Positions 10,562-21,985 are shown, numbered from the stretch's first letter. The stretch: 35,899 bases of DNA from Octopus sinensis (GCF_006345805.1 NW_021831906.1:1-35899); one strand, 5' to 3'. The notes: generated by a model not told the origin, from the sequence alone. Numbers and translations: made by a program.

Positions 10562-11108
10562 AAATGCCCTGATGCAGTACAGGCAGGCTCTCATGCTTCT
10601 GATCTAACTGATTGGAATTGTTATCATGTGCATTGTTTGGTCTGGTATAAAAGATGGGCTACAGCAAATATTCTGCTCAATCCACAGATTTGCTTGTCAG
10701 TTGTTTGACCTTAACCAGTTGAGCATGTCCCTTAGTGGCTGACAATACGTGCATCTCTGATCACGAGCAGAAGTAGTGGGGGAGCATCATGGCCATGTGT
10801 TGAGAGGGATTCTTTGGAGTTTGAATACATTCCCTCTGGAAACATAGGTGTTTCGTAAACATCCAAAGCAACCCTTATTCAGGGACCTTTTGAGCGGGAT
10901 GGGCTACTCACCTGAAGAAAATTCTAACTGGACCCACCTGCAAGGTCATGTGCTGTTTATCTTGATATGAGATCACCATGTCGCGCACATATGGTTGTGA
11001 TGCATGTGCCTGGTGTACTTTATCAGACGGGTAGTCATGATGGGTATATTGGGCTTCGTATATTTTACCCCCTGTCACTTTTGATGGCATGAACTGCTCT
11101 CTCACTCA
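10562..11108 (+). mobile_element. Element D, ~550-bp non-tRNA interspersed repeat, copy 1
   Basis: Collinear and highly similar to 20530-21005 and 34255-34805; AAT repeats on both sides; strand inferred from truncation pattern. Confidence 0.9.
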
Positions 11109-11166
11109 ATAATAAAATAATAATGACGATGATGATGATTGATGATGACGATGATTTTGATGAATG

Positions 11167-11199
<33 letters not shown>

Positions 11200-11201
11200 A
11201 T

Positions 11202-11232
<31 letters not shown>

Positions 11233-11419
11233 GAGGATGATGAGGATGATGAGGATGATGATGATGATGAATTTTTTTAAACTTGCAATTTAAAAAAAAA
11301 TTAAAAAAAGAAAAATAACGAGAGAAACTGAGGTTCCACCATCTGAACTTTGTTTTACGCTATTGCCTTTCAAAACATTAGGCATTTATACATATATTTT
11401 TTGCGTATTTGTTGTATTT

Positions 11420-11469
11420 ATCTTTACTATAGCCATATGTATATATATATATATATGTGGTGTGTGTAT

Positions 11470-11500
<31 letters not shown>

Positions 11501-11589
11501 TACTTATATATGTGCGTGTGTGTAATATATATAATATATTATACATGCATCCATACCTATATGCATATATGTATATATACATATATACA

Positions 11590-11622
<33 letters not shown>

Positions 11623-11642
11623 CATACATACATACATACATA

Positions 11643-11677
<35 letters not shown>

Positions 11678-11761
11678 GCATATATATACATATATATATA
11701 ATATAGTATATATATATATATATATACATATATATGCATATATATACTACATACATATATA

Positions 11762-11815
<54 letters not shown>
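11420..11815. repeat. (AT)n/(AC)n/(ATAC)n compound microsatellite
   Basis: Read directly. Confidence 0.95.
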
Positions 11816-11817
<2 letters not shown>

Positions 11818-12264
11818 TCGCGATAACGCGATGTACGGTGATAACGTTTTATTTGCTGATAGACGTACACTCACACAGTCACATGCACACACACAGTCAC
11901 ACGCGCAGGCACGTAAATATAAACATCATTGCATTTATATAATTATGTACGTATGTATGCATGCATGTATTCGTGTGTATGAGTGTGTATAGTCATACCA
12001 GAATGGGAGCCAGAGTGAAAGAGGCTGGATGAATGTAAGATTTATACTCATACAGATTGTTGTACTTGTTTATGTGTATAAACATACATAAATACACATA
12101 TATACAATATTCATATCGCTAAATATAATATACTTTCTCCGTAGAGTTATTAAAAAAAATAAACCTGTACCTGTTGTGAACATTTATCTAATATCTATAT
12201 ATCTAGAAGATATTCTTGATATATTAAAATTTATATTTGTATGCATAAATCTATGCAACGAGTG

Positions 12265-12295
<31 letters not shown>

Positions 12296-12504
12296 GCATA
12301 CATACATACATACATACATACATACATACATACATACATACATACATACATACACACGTACGTACGTACTTTCGTACGTTCATGTGTACATACATACATA
12401 TGCATACACCTTGATATACACACATTCACACATACATATACTTATAGATACATATTCATATATACATACGTTTACGCATGCATATATTCAGGCATACATA
12501 CGCA

Positions 12505-12775
12505 CATCAGGCCTGTCAAATAAAAGAAGCAGAACTGTTTTGGAACAAATTTATTGGTTTACTTAGAATTTAATCAAACTTCCTTCGTGATAATAGTCTA
12601 CAGTGCCGAGACACGTTGCTCACGTCTTTGACAGTCTTGGAATGCATTCTTGAACGCGTTTTCAGGAATTAGACTCGTAGTTCTCGTAGTTGATATTCAT
12701 CGTTCTCTTCTATCGTTCAAATTCAGCCATTTGTTGGAAATCACGAGAAAAGCAGCTCAATTCTGAGCAAAATCC
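12505..12775 (-). mobile_element. Mariner-like transposon remnant, probably internally deleted
   Basis: Minus strand reads LIPENAFKNAFQDCQRR then DYYHEG after a frameshift, like the mariner C-terminal IP..F..AFQDW.RRW..C....GDYFEG; MAEFER immediately upstream resembles a mariner N-terminus. Confidence 0.55.
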
Positions 12776-12785
12776 CAGCGAATAG

Positions 12786-13102
12786 TTGTTCTTGTTGTTG
12801 TTTGTTCCCTTCTCGAGCCACGCCTGGCTCATAGGGCCGGTTTCCCCGGTTTCCTTGGCGTACAGGTTCCCCACCTGGACGGGACGCCGGTCCGTCGCAG
12901 GTGAGCTGCAAGCTGCAGGAGGAAAGAGTGAGAGAAAGTTGTGGCGAAAGAGTTTGCAGAAGTTCGCCATTACCTTCTGCCGGAGCCGCGTGGAACTTAG
13001 GTGTTTCGCTCATAAACACACACATCTCCCGGTCTGAGATTCGAACCCGCGATCCCTCAACCGTGAGTCCGCTGCTCTAACCACTAGGCCATGTGCCTCC
13101 AC
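12786..13102 (-). mobile_element. tRNA-headed SINE family M, full length, Meta/V-SINE-like central motif
   Basis: Head gtggaggcacatggcctagtggttagagcagcggac...gggttcgaatctc; cctgcgacggaccggcgtcccgtccagg...gaaaccggg motif; (aac)n-like tail. Confidence 0.8.
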
Positions 13103-13602
13103 CCAGCGAATAGAGCTATTGATAATTTGATAGTCGTTGTGCCCTTTGCTAAAAAAATCACAGATAAGGAGTCAAGTGGGAGCAGGTGAATTGATGTGAT
13201 GCAGTAACCAGATTTTGTTTCTTCGTACTACCTTTCTCAAATGTCACAAGAAATCTATGCTGAACACTTTATCGATAGTTTAACTACTCAAGTGGGAAAA
13301 GTTCATGAGGGAAGATGCTCCCCTAATGAAAAAAAACAACAAAAAACGATGAAATATTGCATTTATAGTTCAGTTACACTGACATCATTCGTGGAATCAC
13401 ACAAAAGGGAAGATTAGCGGAAGCGATCATCCCTTCGCTCCGTTGTTTTGAAAGTACTGTTATAAAAAAAACCAACAGTTGAAGAAAGGAGTTGCCATAG
13501 AATTTGACGGACAACCATAAGCATGTATCTATGTATACTTATTTTCTAGTTTTAATTATTTGAAACCTCCCTCTGAGGGAAAGAGCTGGTTTCTAACAAA
13601 GA

Positions 13603-13713
13603 TAGAATTTAATCAAACTTCCTTCATGATAATAATCTACAGCGCCGAGACACGTTACCCACGCCTTTGGCAGTCTTGGAATGCATTCTGGAAGGCGTTT
13701 TCAGAAATTAGAC
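13603..13713 (-). mobile_element. Second mariner C-terminal fragment
   Basis: About 110 bp closely matching 12564-12674; reads LISENAFQNAFQDCQRR then DYYHEG. Confidence 0.65.
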
Positions 13714-14425
13714 AATGTTCTCTTAGTTGAACTAGAGTAAAGTCTTGAATAATTTTTACGGTTCCGCTTGTAGCTTTATTATAATGTGCGTGTTAGCTGG
13801 TTGATTTGTTTTTCTGAAACCCCTAGTTCATCCAGATTATCACATAGATTCACAAAAGAATGTGCCTAATATATTATCGGCCTAAATGTAAATTTTAAAA
13901 CTGGATATAGAAGCTGAAGTTTTCGAAGTCGTGCCCGTAGCCATCCTCTTTTCCTTTGATTTTCGCGGACATATTCGCATTAACGGCGCTTGACATTTGT
14001 GATAGTACATACTTTTCATGACTGTCCCCAAAAAACAACGATGTTCAACAGGTTATGCTTACACTTCATGGAAATTTTGATGGAAATGTTCCACCAATAT
14101 TCCTCGTTTGATCTTTATGTGTGTACACAGCAATGGAAGAATTTTTTGTATTTTTCCCAGAAAAGTTTTTTTCTTCAGATAGAATCGTACATTGTCTTAA
14201 TAACAATGCCATTTTGCATTGGGTGGGAGAACATTGATGACATTTTTGTGCAGCTGCTAAGCGCATGCGTGGAACCTTCAACAGAAATGTGACATAATCG
14301 ACATTTTCGTTTGGGGATCCAAGAGATTCATTTTTTCTTTTGTTTATTAGTTTTTTGTTGCAATCTCCTACTCTTGGGTTGCAATGTTTGTATGTATGTG
14401 AATTATGTATGTGTGCGTGTGTGTG

Positions 14426-14597
14426 AATTTTAGAAATGAACCCAGAAGAACATACATACATACATACATACATACATACACAAGTCATACATACAACATA
14501 TGCATGCATATGTGCATATGGATATGCGTATGCATGCATATGTTGTATGCATGACTTGTGTATGTATGTATGTTCTTCTGGGTTCATTTCTAAAATT
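14426..14597. repeat. Near-perfect fold-back inverted repeat (about 75-95 nt arms, 2-nt centre)
   Basis: aattttagaaatgaacccagaagaacatac...acacaagtcat...caacatatgcatgcata mirrored by tatgcatgcatatgttg...atgacttgtgt...gtatgttcttctgggttcatttctaaaatt. Confidence 0.95.
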
Positions 14598-14889
14598 TCT
14601 CACTGATAAAAAACTAATTTTTAGTATATCAATAGGAACAAAACAATCAATGGTGATTTATCTGAATCTTTTCCTGATAAGAGTGGAGTAAAGCAAGGCG
14701 ATGTTATATGCACCAACTCCATATGTTTTATTTTCTACTTAACACAAAGGTAACTATATCAAATTTAGAGCCACAGGAAGGTTGTGCAACTTCAGGTGAT
14801 TTATCGCAGATACTAAAATGTTTGAATCTTTTGTTAGAGTACTATAAAAATGGTGAGGATTGTGATTAAGTATCTCACACAGAACAGGA

Positions 14890-15885
14890 ACCGAAGGATC
14901 TGATTACAGTTTTTAACGCATCTTGCAATGACTTGGAAATGAATTTGAAGAAGACAGGCGTTGTGTTACATATGGAAAAGTATTCTTTAAACCAAAGATG
15001 ATAGAGAGAGATAAAGGATTAAAAGTGGTGAAGTCATTTACTTATCTGAGAAGTGTGCTGTCAGATGATACAAGTTTGGAGAAAGATATTTATACAGAAT
15101 GAAGAAGGCTTTGCAGCTTTTGGAAATTTGGAAAAAGGCTTTGGTCAGAAAATAGGATCAGATTAAGAAAGGCATCTGCATAACTTGTGGGCTCTCAGTT
15201 TTATAATATGGCTGTGAAACTTAGATTACCTACAAACACCAAGTTAAGTTGCTCGAAAGGTTTCACCAGTGCTGTTTGAGACTTATACTCAATGTGAAGT
15301 AAACCACACCGAAGTTCTAGAGGAAGATCAGATGACAAGCATTGAAGCCATCACCGTTCGGAGAATTTGTTTTAAAGTGGAATAGAGATCTTGTTCGAAT
15401 GACTAATACCAGAACTCCATGTCAACTGTTTTACGGGAAATTGAAACAAGGAAAGAGGAAGCCTAAAAAGTCAAACAGCAGTAAAAAAAAAACTTCTTAA
15501 TATGAATTTGAAGAAGCGTAATATTTCTGTTAGAGAATAGGTAGAACAAGCTGCTTATAACACAAAGTAGAGAAAAACACTCTTTGATGGTGTAGTATTT
15601 TGTGAGAGGGAAAGGTTTCAGCATGCGTCAAACAATAAATAGAGCAATACGAAAGAGGAAGCAAGCAGCACCTTCAAATGTTACGGGCAAAAATAATCAA
15701 TGTGAAAAATAAATAGAAGAATCTCTTTCTTTTGGTGGTTTCAATAGCCACATTAGAAAACGTGATGATAAGAAACAGGTTTGGGATCCCCAGCAACTTG
15801 GTTTCGTGTGCAAAATGTATGGCAAAGTGACGAAGTCGAAAGCTGACATGAAGAGTCATTTACAAAGTCATGCAAGGAAAAGGGG
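14890..15885 (+). pseudogene. RTE-clade LINE ORF2 3' half, disrupted
   Basis: Translates to KSFTYLRSVLSDD, SVL*YGCET*, LERFHQCCLRLILNVK, RMTNTRTPCQLFYGKLKQGKR and a terminal C2H2-like FVCKMYGK..KSKADMKSHLQSH; many stops and frameshifts. Confidence 0.85.
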
Positions 15886-16144
15886 TCAAAGGGAAATTCG
15901 ATGTCATACTTGATGACGAACTGACAACTAATATGTATGTCAACACACACACATGTGGGTATATATATATATGTGTGTGTGAGTGGTGTGTTTGTAAGTG
16001 TGCATATATATATATGTACCTATGTATGTATTTATGTTGGCAGGTAGGTATATATCTGTGCGTGTATGTATGTATCTACCGATCTATCTATTTGTGCGTG
16101 TGTATGTATGTGTACCTATTTATCTCTATCAAACTGTCTGTCCG

Positions 16145-16207
<63 letters not shown>

Positions 16208-16216
16208 CTCTCTCTC

Positions 16217-16247
<31 letters not shown>

Positions 16248-16256
16248 ATAATATAT

Positions 16257-16304
<48 letters not shown>

Positions 16305-16444
16305 AGCAATCATGCAGCTAGTTTTATCCAAGAAACTATATCTTTTATACATTTATACATACATACATGCATACATACGTACATACATATACATATATAT
16401 ATATATACATGCATACACACATACACACACATATATGATTTTTT

Positions 16445-17961
16445 AGAGTCCCCGTGAATGCGGTACAGTTCTTAAAACGTTAAAAGAAGGAATAATTTGC
16501 CCTGCCTACAAAGGAGGAAGCAGGCCAGATGCTATAAACTACAGACCTATCTCTCTGACCTCATATGTCAGCAAGATCATGGAACGCATTGTCAGAAAAA
16601 ACTGACCACGTTCCTTGAGGACAATGATTTTTTGCAGACATGCAACATGGTTTCCGTCGTGGACGGAGCTGCCTAACACAGCTACTACAACACTTTGACT
16701 GGGTACTAAAACAATAGCTCAACCATTCAAATGTGGATGTGATATATCTCGACTTTGCGAAGATGATTGACAAAGTCGATCATAGGATGATATGTCATAA
16801 ATCGTGTGACCTCGGTATCGCTGGTTGACAGGGAGATTGGCTGCATGATTTCCTAAGGCAAAGAAGTCAGGCTGTCACAGCAAATGGTGATCTCTCTGAA
16901 GTGACATCAATCCTCAGTGGAGTCCCCCAGGGAATAGTGCTGGGTTCACTACTGTTTGTGGTTGCTCTCTCGGGCATGACCCCAGCCATAGAGTGAGCCA
17001 CACTCACCAGCTACGTCGATGATACAAAAGTATCGCGGGCGGTCAAGGATCCTACTGACATCTTAAGATTGCAGAATGACTTGAACGCAATATATAAATG
17101 GGCTGATGAGAATGATATGCAGTTCAATGGCGCAAAATTTCAAGCACTCTGCTATCAGCCCACAAACAATCTACAGCTGAAGTAAACGGGACCAGCAGGC
17201 AATGTAATCCCAGAGTTAGAGTCGGTGCGTGACCTGGGAATCTACATGAGCAACGACGCAACTTTCCATGAGCACATTGCTCAGATGGCAACACTATGCA
17301 GGCGGATGGCAGGTTGCATCCTTAGATCCTTCAGGACCAAGAACAGAGACATAGTGCTTCTGCTTTGGAGAACCTTTGCCCTCAGTCATCTGGACTACTG
17401 CTCCCAAGTGGGGTCCCCACAGAGTGTAAAACTAATTGCGGAACTAAAAGTGATCCACTTTACAAAGAAGATAGACTAAGTAAAACACATGGGCTACTGG
17501 GAGAGATTGAGGGATCAGGAACTCTACTCCTTGGAGAGGAGACATGAGAGATTTACAGTGTTATATATGTTGAAGGTAATGGGGGGTCTGGCACCAAATT
17601 TCGGAATTGAAATCTACAACAATCACCGAGCTGGACGGTACTGCAGAGTGCTAAAGGTCCCATCTTCTCCATCGAGGATACGAACCCAATATTGGAATAG
17701 GTCGGGATTCAAAGGACGGCAACTGTTTAATACCCTACCGCAGAACAAGGATCTGCAAGATGTAGACATGGAAGACTTCAAAAACATTTAGACAGCTTTT
17801 TATCTTCAATTCCGGATGAATTCACATCATCAGAAGAGTAGCAACGTCCAACGCGCTACTTCAGCAGAAGCAGTACTGTAAAAATCATCGGGCACAGTAA
17901 AGGCGGTGCACCAGCGTGGCCTCAGCCTCTGGTTGAAACCCATGAAAGATAAAAGATAAAA
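16445..17961 (+). pseudogene. CR1-clade LINE reverse transcriptase and 3' end, 5'-truncated and disrupted
   Basis: NYRPISLTS..SKIMERIV, QHGFRRGRSCLTQLL, DVIYLDFAK..DKVDH, SGVPQG.VLG.LLF, YVDDTK, LQNDL, VRDLGI, LDYCSQV; ends in an (aagata)-type tail at about 17946-17961. Confidence 0.92.
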
Positions 17962-18644
17962 TATTTGTGTATTTGTATGACACGCAGGTAAAACTTCTTC
18001 TAGAATGCTTTACACATTTTCACTGTTCTCTTACTGGCTTGTAATTTATGAATAGCCGTTGCGCTGTTTTGATTTTGGGAAACCTAGCTTTCGGAAATCA
18101 ATGCAGTGTTTGTGGACTATGTAGAAAGTTTGCCTGTCTATATTTAAAATGCGTAGATATTTATAAGTTCTAGGTAAACTCTCTTTCTCTCTTATAGACA
18201 CGCGCACGTGATATAGATATACATATACATGTACATAAATATATACATGCACACAATCATACAAACACCCTCCCCCATTCATATATGCAAACTTGCAAAA
18301 ATAAACATATGTATGTTCATGTTTGTACGTTTTATACGTGTATTTATACATACATACATACATACATACTACGTACATACATACATACATACACATATAT
18401 ATATAAATAATTGCATGTATGTGTGTGTGTGTTTGTGCGAGTGTTTTTGTGTGTGTGTTTGTGCGAGTGTTTTTTTGTGTGTGTTTGTGTGTGTGTATAT
18501 ACACACATACTCAGCTTATTATATGAGTTATGTCATCGACACTTAATTTTAAAAAATATAATCATGCATTCTTCATTCACTCCTAGATTAGTGTTTAACA
18601 TTTATAAATCTAATGGAATAGGCATGCATGTATGCATGTGTGTA

Positions 18645-18694
<50 letters not shown>

Positions 18695-19030
18695 GTTCTG
18701 TGTACGCATGTGTGCTAGTGTGTAGACCGCGTATGTTTACGTTAAGTTATAACACGATAACGTTATATATAGTGTCTTTCCTCAGCTCGGTTACTCTTTC
18801 CTATTAATATTATTTCCTTTAAACACGCATTCGTGATCTAATGCGTTGATGTCAATTAGTATGATTTGTGTTTTATTTTTTTATTTAAAAAAATTTTTTT
18901 TTTTACCCCAGCTCCAGATTCATTAACTGCAATAATCCCGAAGGCTTTCAGTTTGGATTAGCATGAACTAAGTTACTTTAAAACAGTCGTTCTCAGCTAG
19001 TTTTTGCCTATGGATCCCCTTTGATTTCTT

Positions 19031-19490
19031 GGAGTGGCTGTGTGGTAAGTAACTTGCTTACCAGCCACATGGTTCCGGGTTCAGCTCCACTGCGTGACAC
19101 TTGGGCAAGTGTCTTCTACTATAACCTCGGGCCGACAAAGCCTTGTGAGTGGATTTTGGTAGACGAAAACTGAAAGAAGTCCGTCGTATATTATATATAT
19201 ATATGATATATATATATATATATATACGACGGACTTCTTTCAGTTTTAATATATATATATGCGTGCATGCGTGTATGTGTGTGTTTGTGTGTCTGTGTTC
19301 TCCCCCACCATCACTTGACAACCGATGTTAGTGTGTTTACGATCCCGAACTTAGCAGTTTCGGCAAAAGAGACAATTGAATAAGTATTAGACTTACAAAG
19401 AATAAGTCCTGGGAGACGATTTGCTCGACTAAAGGCGGTGCTCCAGCATGGCCGCAGTGAAATGACTGAAACAAATAAAAGAATAAGAGA
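19031..19490 (+). mobile_element. SINE family A, full length, with internal inverted duplication
   Basis: Head, CORE-like segment, internal microsatellite and LINE-like tail aaaggcggtgctccagcatggccgcag..gactgaaac..taaaaga. Confidence 0.9.
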
Positions 19491-19506
19491 ATGTATTTTT
19501 ATAACG

Positions 19507-19700
19507 GGTGTTGGCAGAATCGTTAGCACACCGGGCAAAATGCCAAGCATTCTGAGTTCAAATTCCGTCAAGGGTCACTTTGCTTTTCATCCTATCGATA
19601 TTGATAAAATAAGTGCCAGCTGAGTACTGTGGGTCGATCTAATCTACTTATCCCATTCTCCGAACTTGGTGGCCTTGTGCCAAAATTTGAAGTCATAATT
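19507..19700 (+). mobile_element. SINE family C, degenerate
   Basis: ggcagaatcgttagcacaccggg...ctgagttcaaattcc...ggccttgtgccaaaatttgaa. Confidence 0.85.
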
Positions 19701-19714
19701 AAATTTTCTGGTTA

Positions 19715-20121
19715 GAGTGGCTCTGTGGTGAGTAGCTTGCTTACCAAGCACATGGTTCCGGGTTCAGTCCCACTGCGTGGCACCTTGGGCAAGTGTCTTC
19801 TACTATTGACTCGGGCCGACCAAAGCCTTGTGAGTGGATTTGGTAGGCGGAAACTGAAAGAATCCCGTCTTATATATGTATATGTATATGTATATATGTG
19901 TGTGTGTGTGTTTGTGTGTCTGTGTTTGTCTCCTCAACATCGCTTGACAACCGACGCTGGTGTGTTTACGTCCCCGTAACTTAGCGGTTCGACAAAAGAG
20001 ACCGATAGAATAAGTACTAGGCTTACAAACTATAAGTCCTGGGGTCGATTTGCTCGACTAAAGGTGGTGCCCCCGCATGGCTGCAGTCAAAAGACTTGAA
20101 ACAAGAAAAAGAGTAAAAGAG
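19715..20121 (+). mobile_element. SINE family A, full length
   Basis: Collinear with 19031-19490. Confidence 0.9.
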
Positions 20122-20420
20122 CAAAAAAGGATAAATGACCGTAGAAGTCGATGCAATGTGAGCTTACACGAATGAGCTTGTGAAGAGAAGAGCAACAGTA
20201 ACAATTCCTGAATGATTCCTCGAAAGAGAGAGGCTGCAAAGTACTACTCGTGGAGACGCTACGAAACAAGTGGCGTCTCCCTAACCACTAAGGCAAGTGC
20301 CTTCTCTCTGATTTAATTCTTCGATCTGCAGGGGCACACTCAGAGTAGGCCGCTTCAGTAGACCTATGCTTACAAGCTCAACTACTTTTCTACAAATTTG
20401 CTAGGGATCAGAACTTCACT

Positions 20421-20476
<56 letters not shown>

Positions 20477-20488
20477 ATTATAATAATA

Positions 20489-20526
<38 letters not shown>

Positions 20527-20529
20527 GTA

Positions 20530-21005
20530 GTCTTGGTATGAAAGATGGGCTACAACAAATATTCTGCTCAATACCACGGACCTGCTTGTCAGTTGCTTGA
20601 CCTTAACTAGTTGACCATGTCCCTTTGTGCTTGACGATATGTGCATCTCTGACCATGAGCAGAAGTAGTGGGGGAGCATCATAGCCATGTGTTGAGAGGG
20701 ATCCTTTCAGGTTTGAATAATTCACCTCTGGAAACTTGGGTGCTTCGTTCAACATCCTTAAACAACCCTTATTCAGGGACCTTTTGAGCGAGATGGGTTA
20801 CTCGACCAGAAGAAAATTCTAACTGGGCCCCACCTGCAGGGTCATGTGCTGTTTATCTTGATATGAAATCACCATGTCGTGCATATATGGCTGTGATGCA
20901 TGTGCCTAGTATACCCTTATCAGACAGGTAGTCATGATGGGTATACTGGGCTTCGTATATTTTACCCCAGTGTCACTTTGATGGCATGCACTGCTCTCTC
21001 ACTCA
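20530..21005 (+). mobile_element. Element D, copy 2, lacking about 90 bp at the left end
   Basis: Matches 10562-11108 from gtcttggtat onward; (AAT)n on both sides. Confidence 0.9.
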
Positions 21006-21007
21006 AT

Positions 21008-21059
<52 letters not shown>

Positions 21060-21281
21060 TTTAATGGATTGATCTTACTCCTCCAGAAAGTAAAGAAACA
21101 ATAAGAAGAGTGCGACTGTTATCGAATTGACATGTTTATTTTGAACTCGTGGAAGACACACGAGATGACGAAATATTGTTCATTCGATAAGAGTCGCACT
21201 CTTCTTATTGTTTTCTTTACTTTCTGGAGGAGTGACACCAATCCTTTAAATAACAACAACAACAGCAGCAGCAGCAGCAGC

Positions 21282-21314
<33 letters not shown>

Positions 21315-21327
21315 AATAATAATAATC

Positions 21328-21530
21328 TATTTCTTTATTGCCCACAGCGTGCTTGATATAGATGGGACAAACAAGGACAGACAAACGGATTAAGTCGATT
21401 ATATCGACGCCAGAGCGTAACTGGTACTTACTTAATCGACCCCGAAAGGATGAAAGGCAAAGTCGACCTCGACGGAATTTGAACTCAGAGCCCTAGCGGC
21501 AGACGAAATACCGCTAAGCATTTTGCCCGG
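21328..21530 (-). mobile_element. SINE family C, long-tail variant, head truncated
   Basis: Tail tatttctttattgcccacag...gacaaacaaggacagacaaacggattaagtcg matches units at 32577 and 32761. Confidence 0.85.
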
Positions 21531-21546
21531 GAAGCTTGTGGAAGGT

Positions 21547-21712
21547 GGGAATGAGTCGATTACAGTGATTCAACTGGTACTTATTTTATCGACCCAGAAA
21601 CGATGAAAGGAAGAGTCAACCCCGGGGGAATTTGAGCTCAGAACGTAAGCAACATGCGAATCACCGCTAAGCATTTCGTCCAGTGAACTAACGATTTGCC
21701 AGCTCGCCTCCT

Positions 21713-21713
<1 letters not shown>
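21547..21713 (-). mobile_element. SINE family C, degenerate
   Basis: actggtacttattttatcgaccc...gaatttgagctcagaacgt...gccagctcgcctcctt. Confidence 0.8.
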
Positions 21714-21753
<40 letters not shown>

Positions 21754-21800
21754 ATACTACTACTACTGCTGCTGCTGCTGCCGTCGCCGCCACCACCACC

Positions 21801-21839
<39 letters not shown>

Positions 21840-21852
21840 GCTGCTGTTGCTG

Positions 21853-21887
<35 letters not shown>

Positions 21888-21903
21888 GCTGTTGCTGCTG
21901 CTG

Positions 21904-21934
<31 letters not shown>

Positions 21935-21937
21935 AAC

Positions 21938-21981
<44 letters not shown>

Positions 21982-21985
21982 GTAA
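21714..21985. repeat. (CTA/CTG/CCA/AAT)n compound microsatellite
   Basis: Read directly. Confidence 0.95.

Noticed and set aside
10655-10775. HDV-like or hammerhead ribozyme in element D (ttctgctc/gagcagaa pairing; ctgacga in copy 3)
   Set aside because: Loop 3 and P1.1 GG do not match the HDV consensus; CUGACGA is followed by GAAG rather than GAAA with no good stem II
13990-14340. Unique-looking open frames on both strands
   Set aside because: No recognisable motif or consistent splice boundaries
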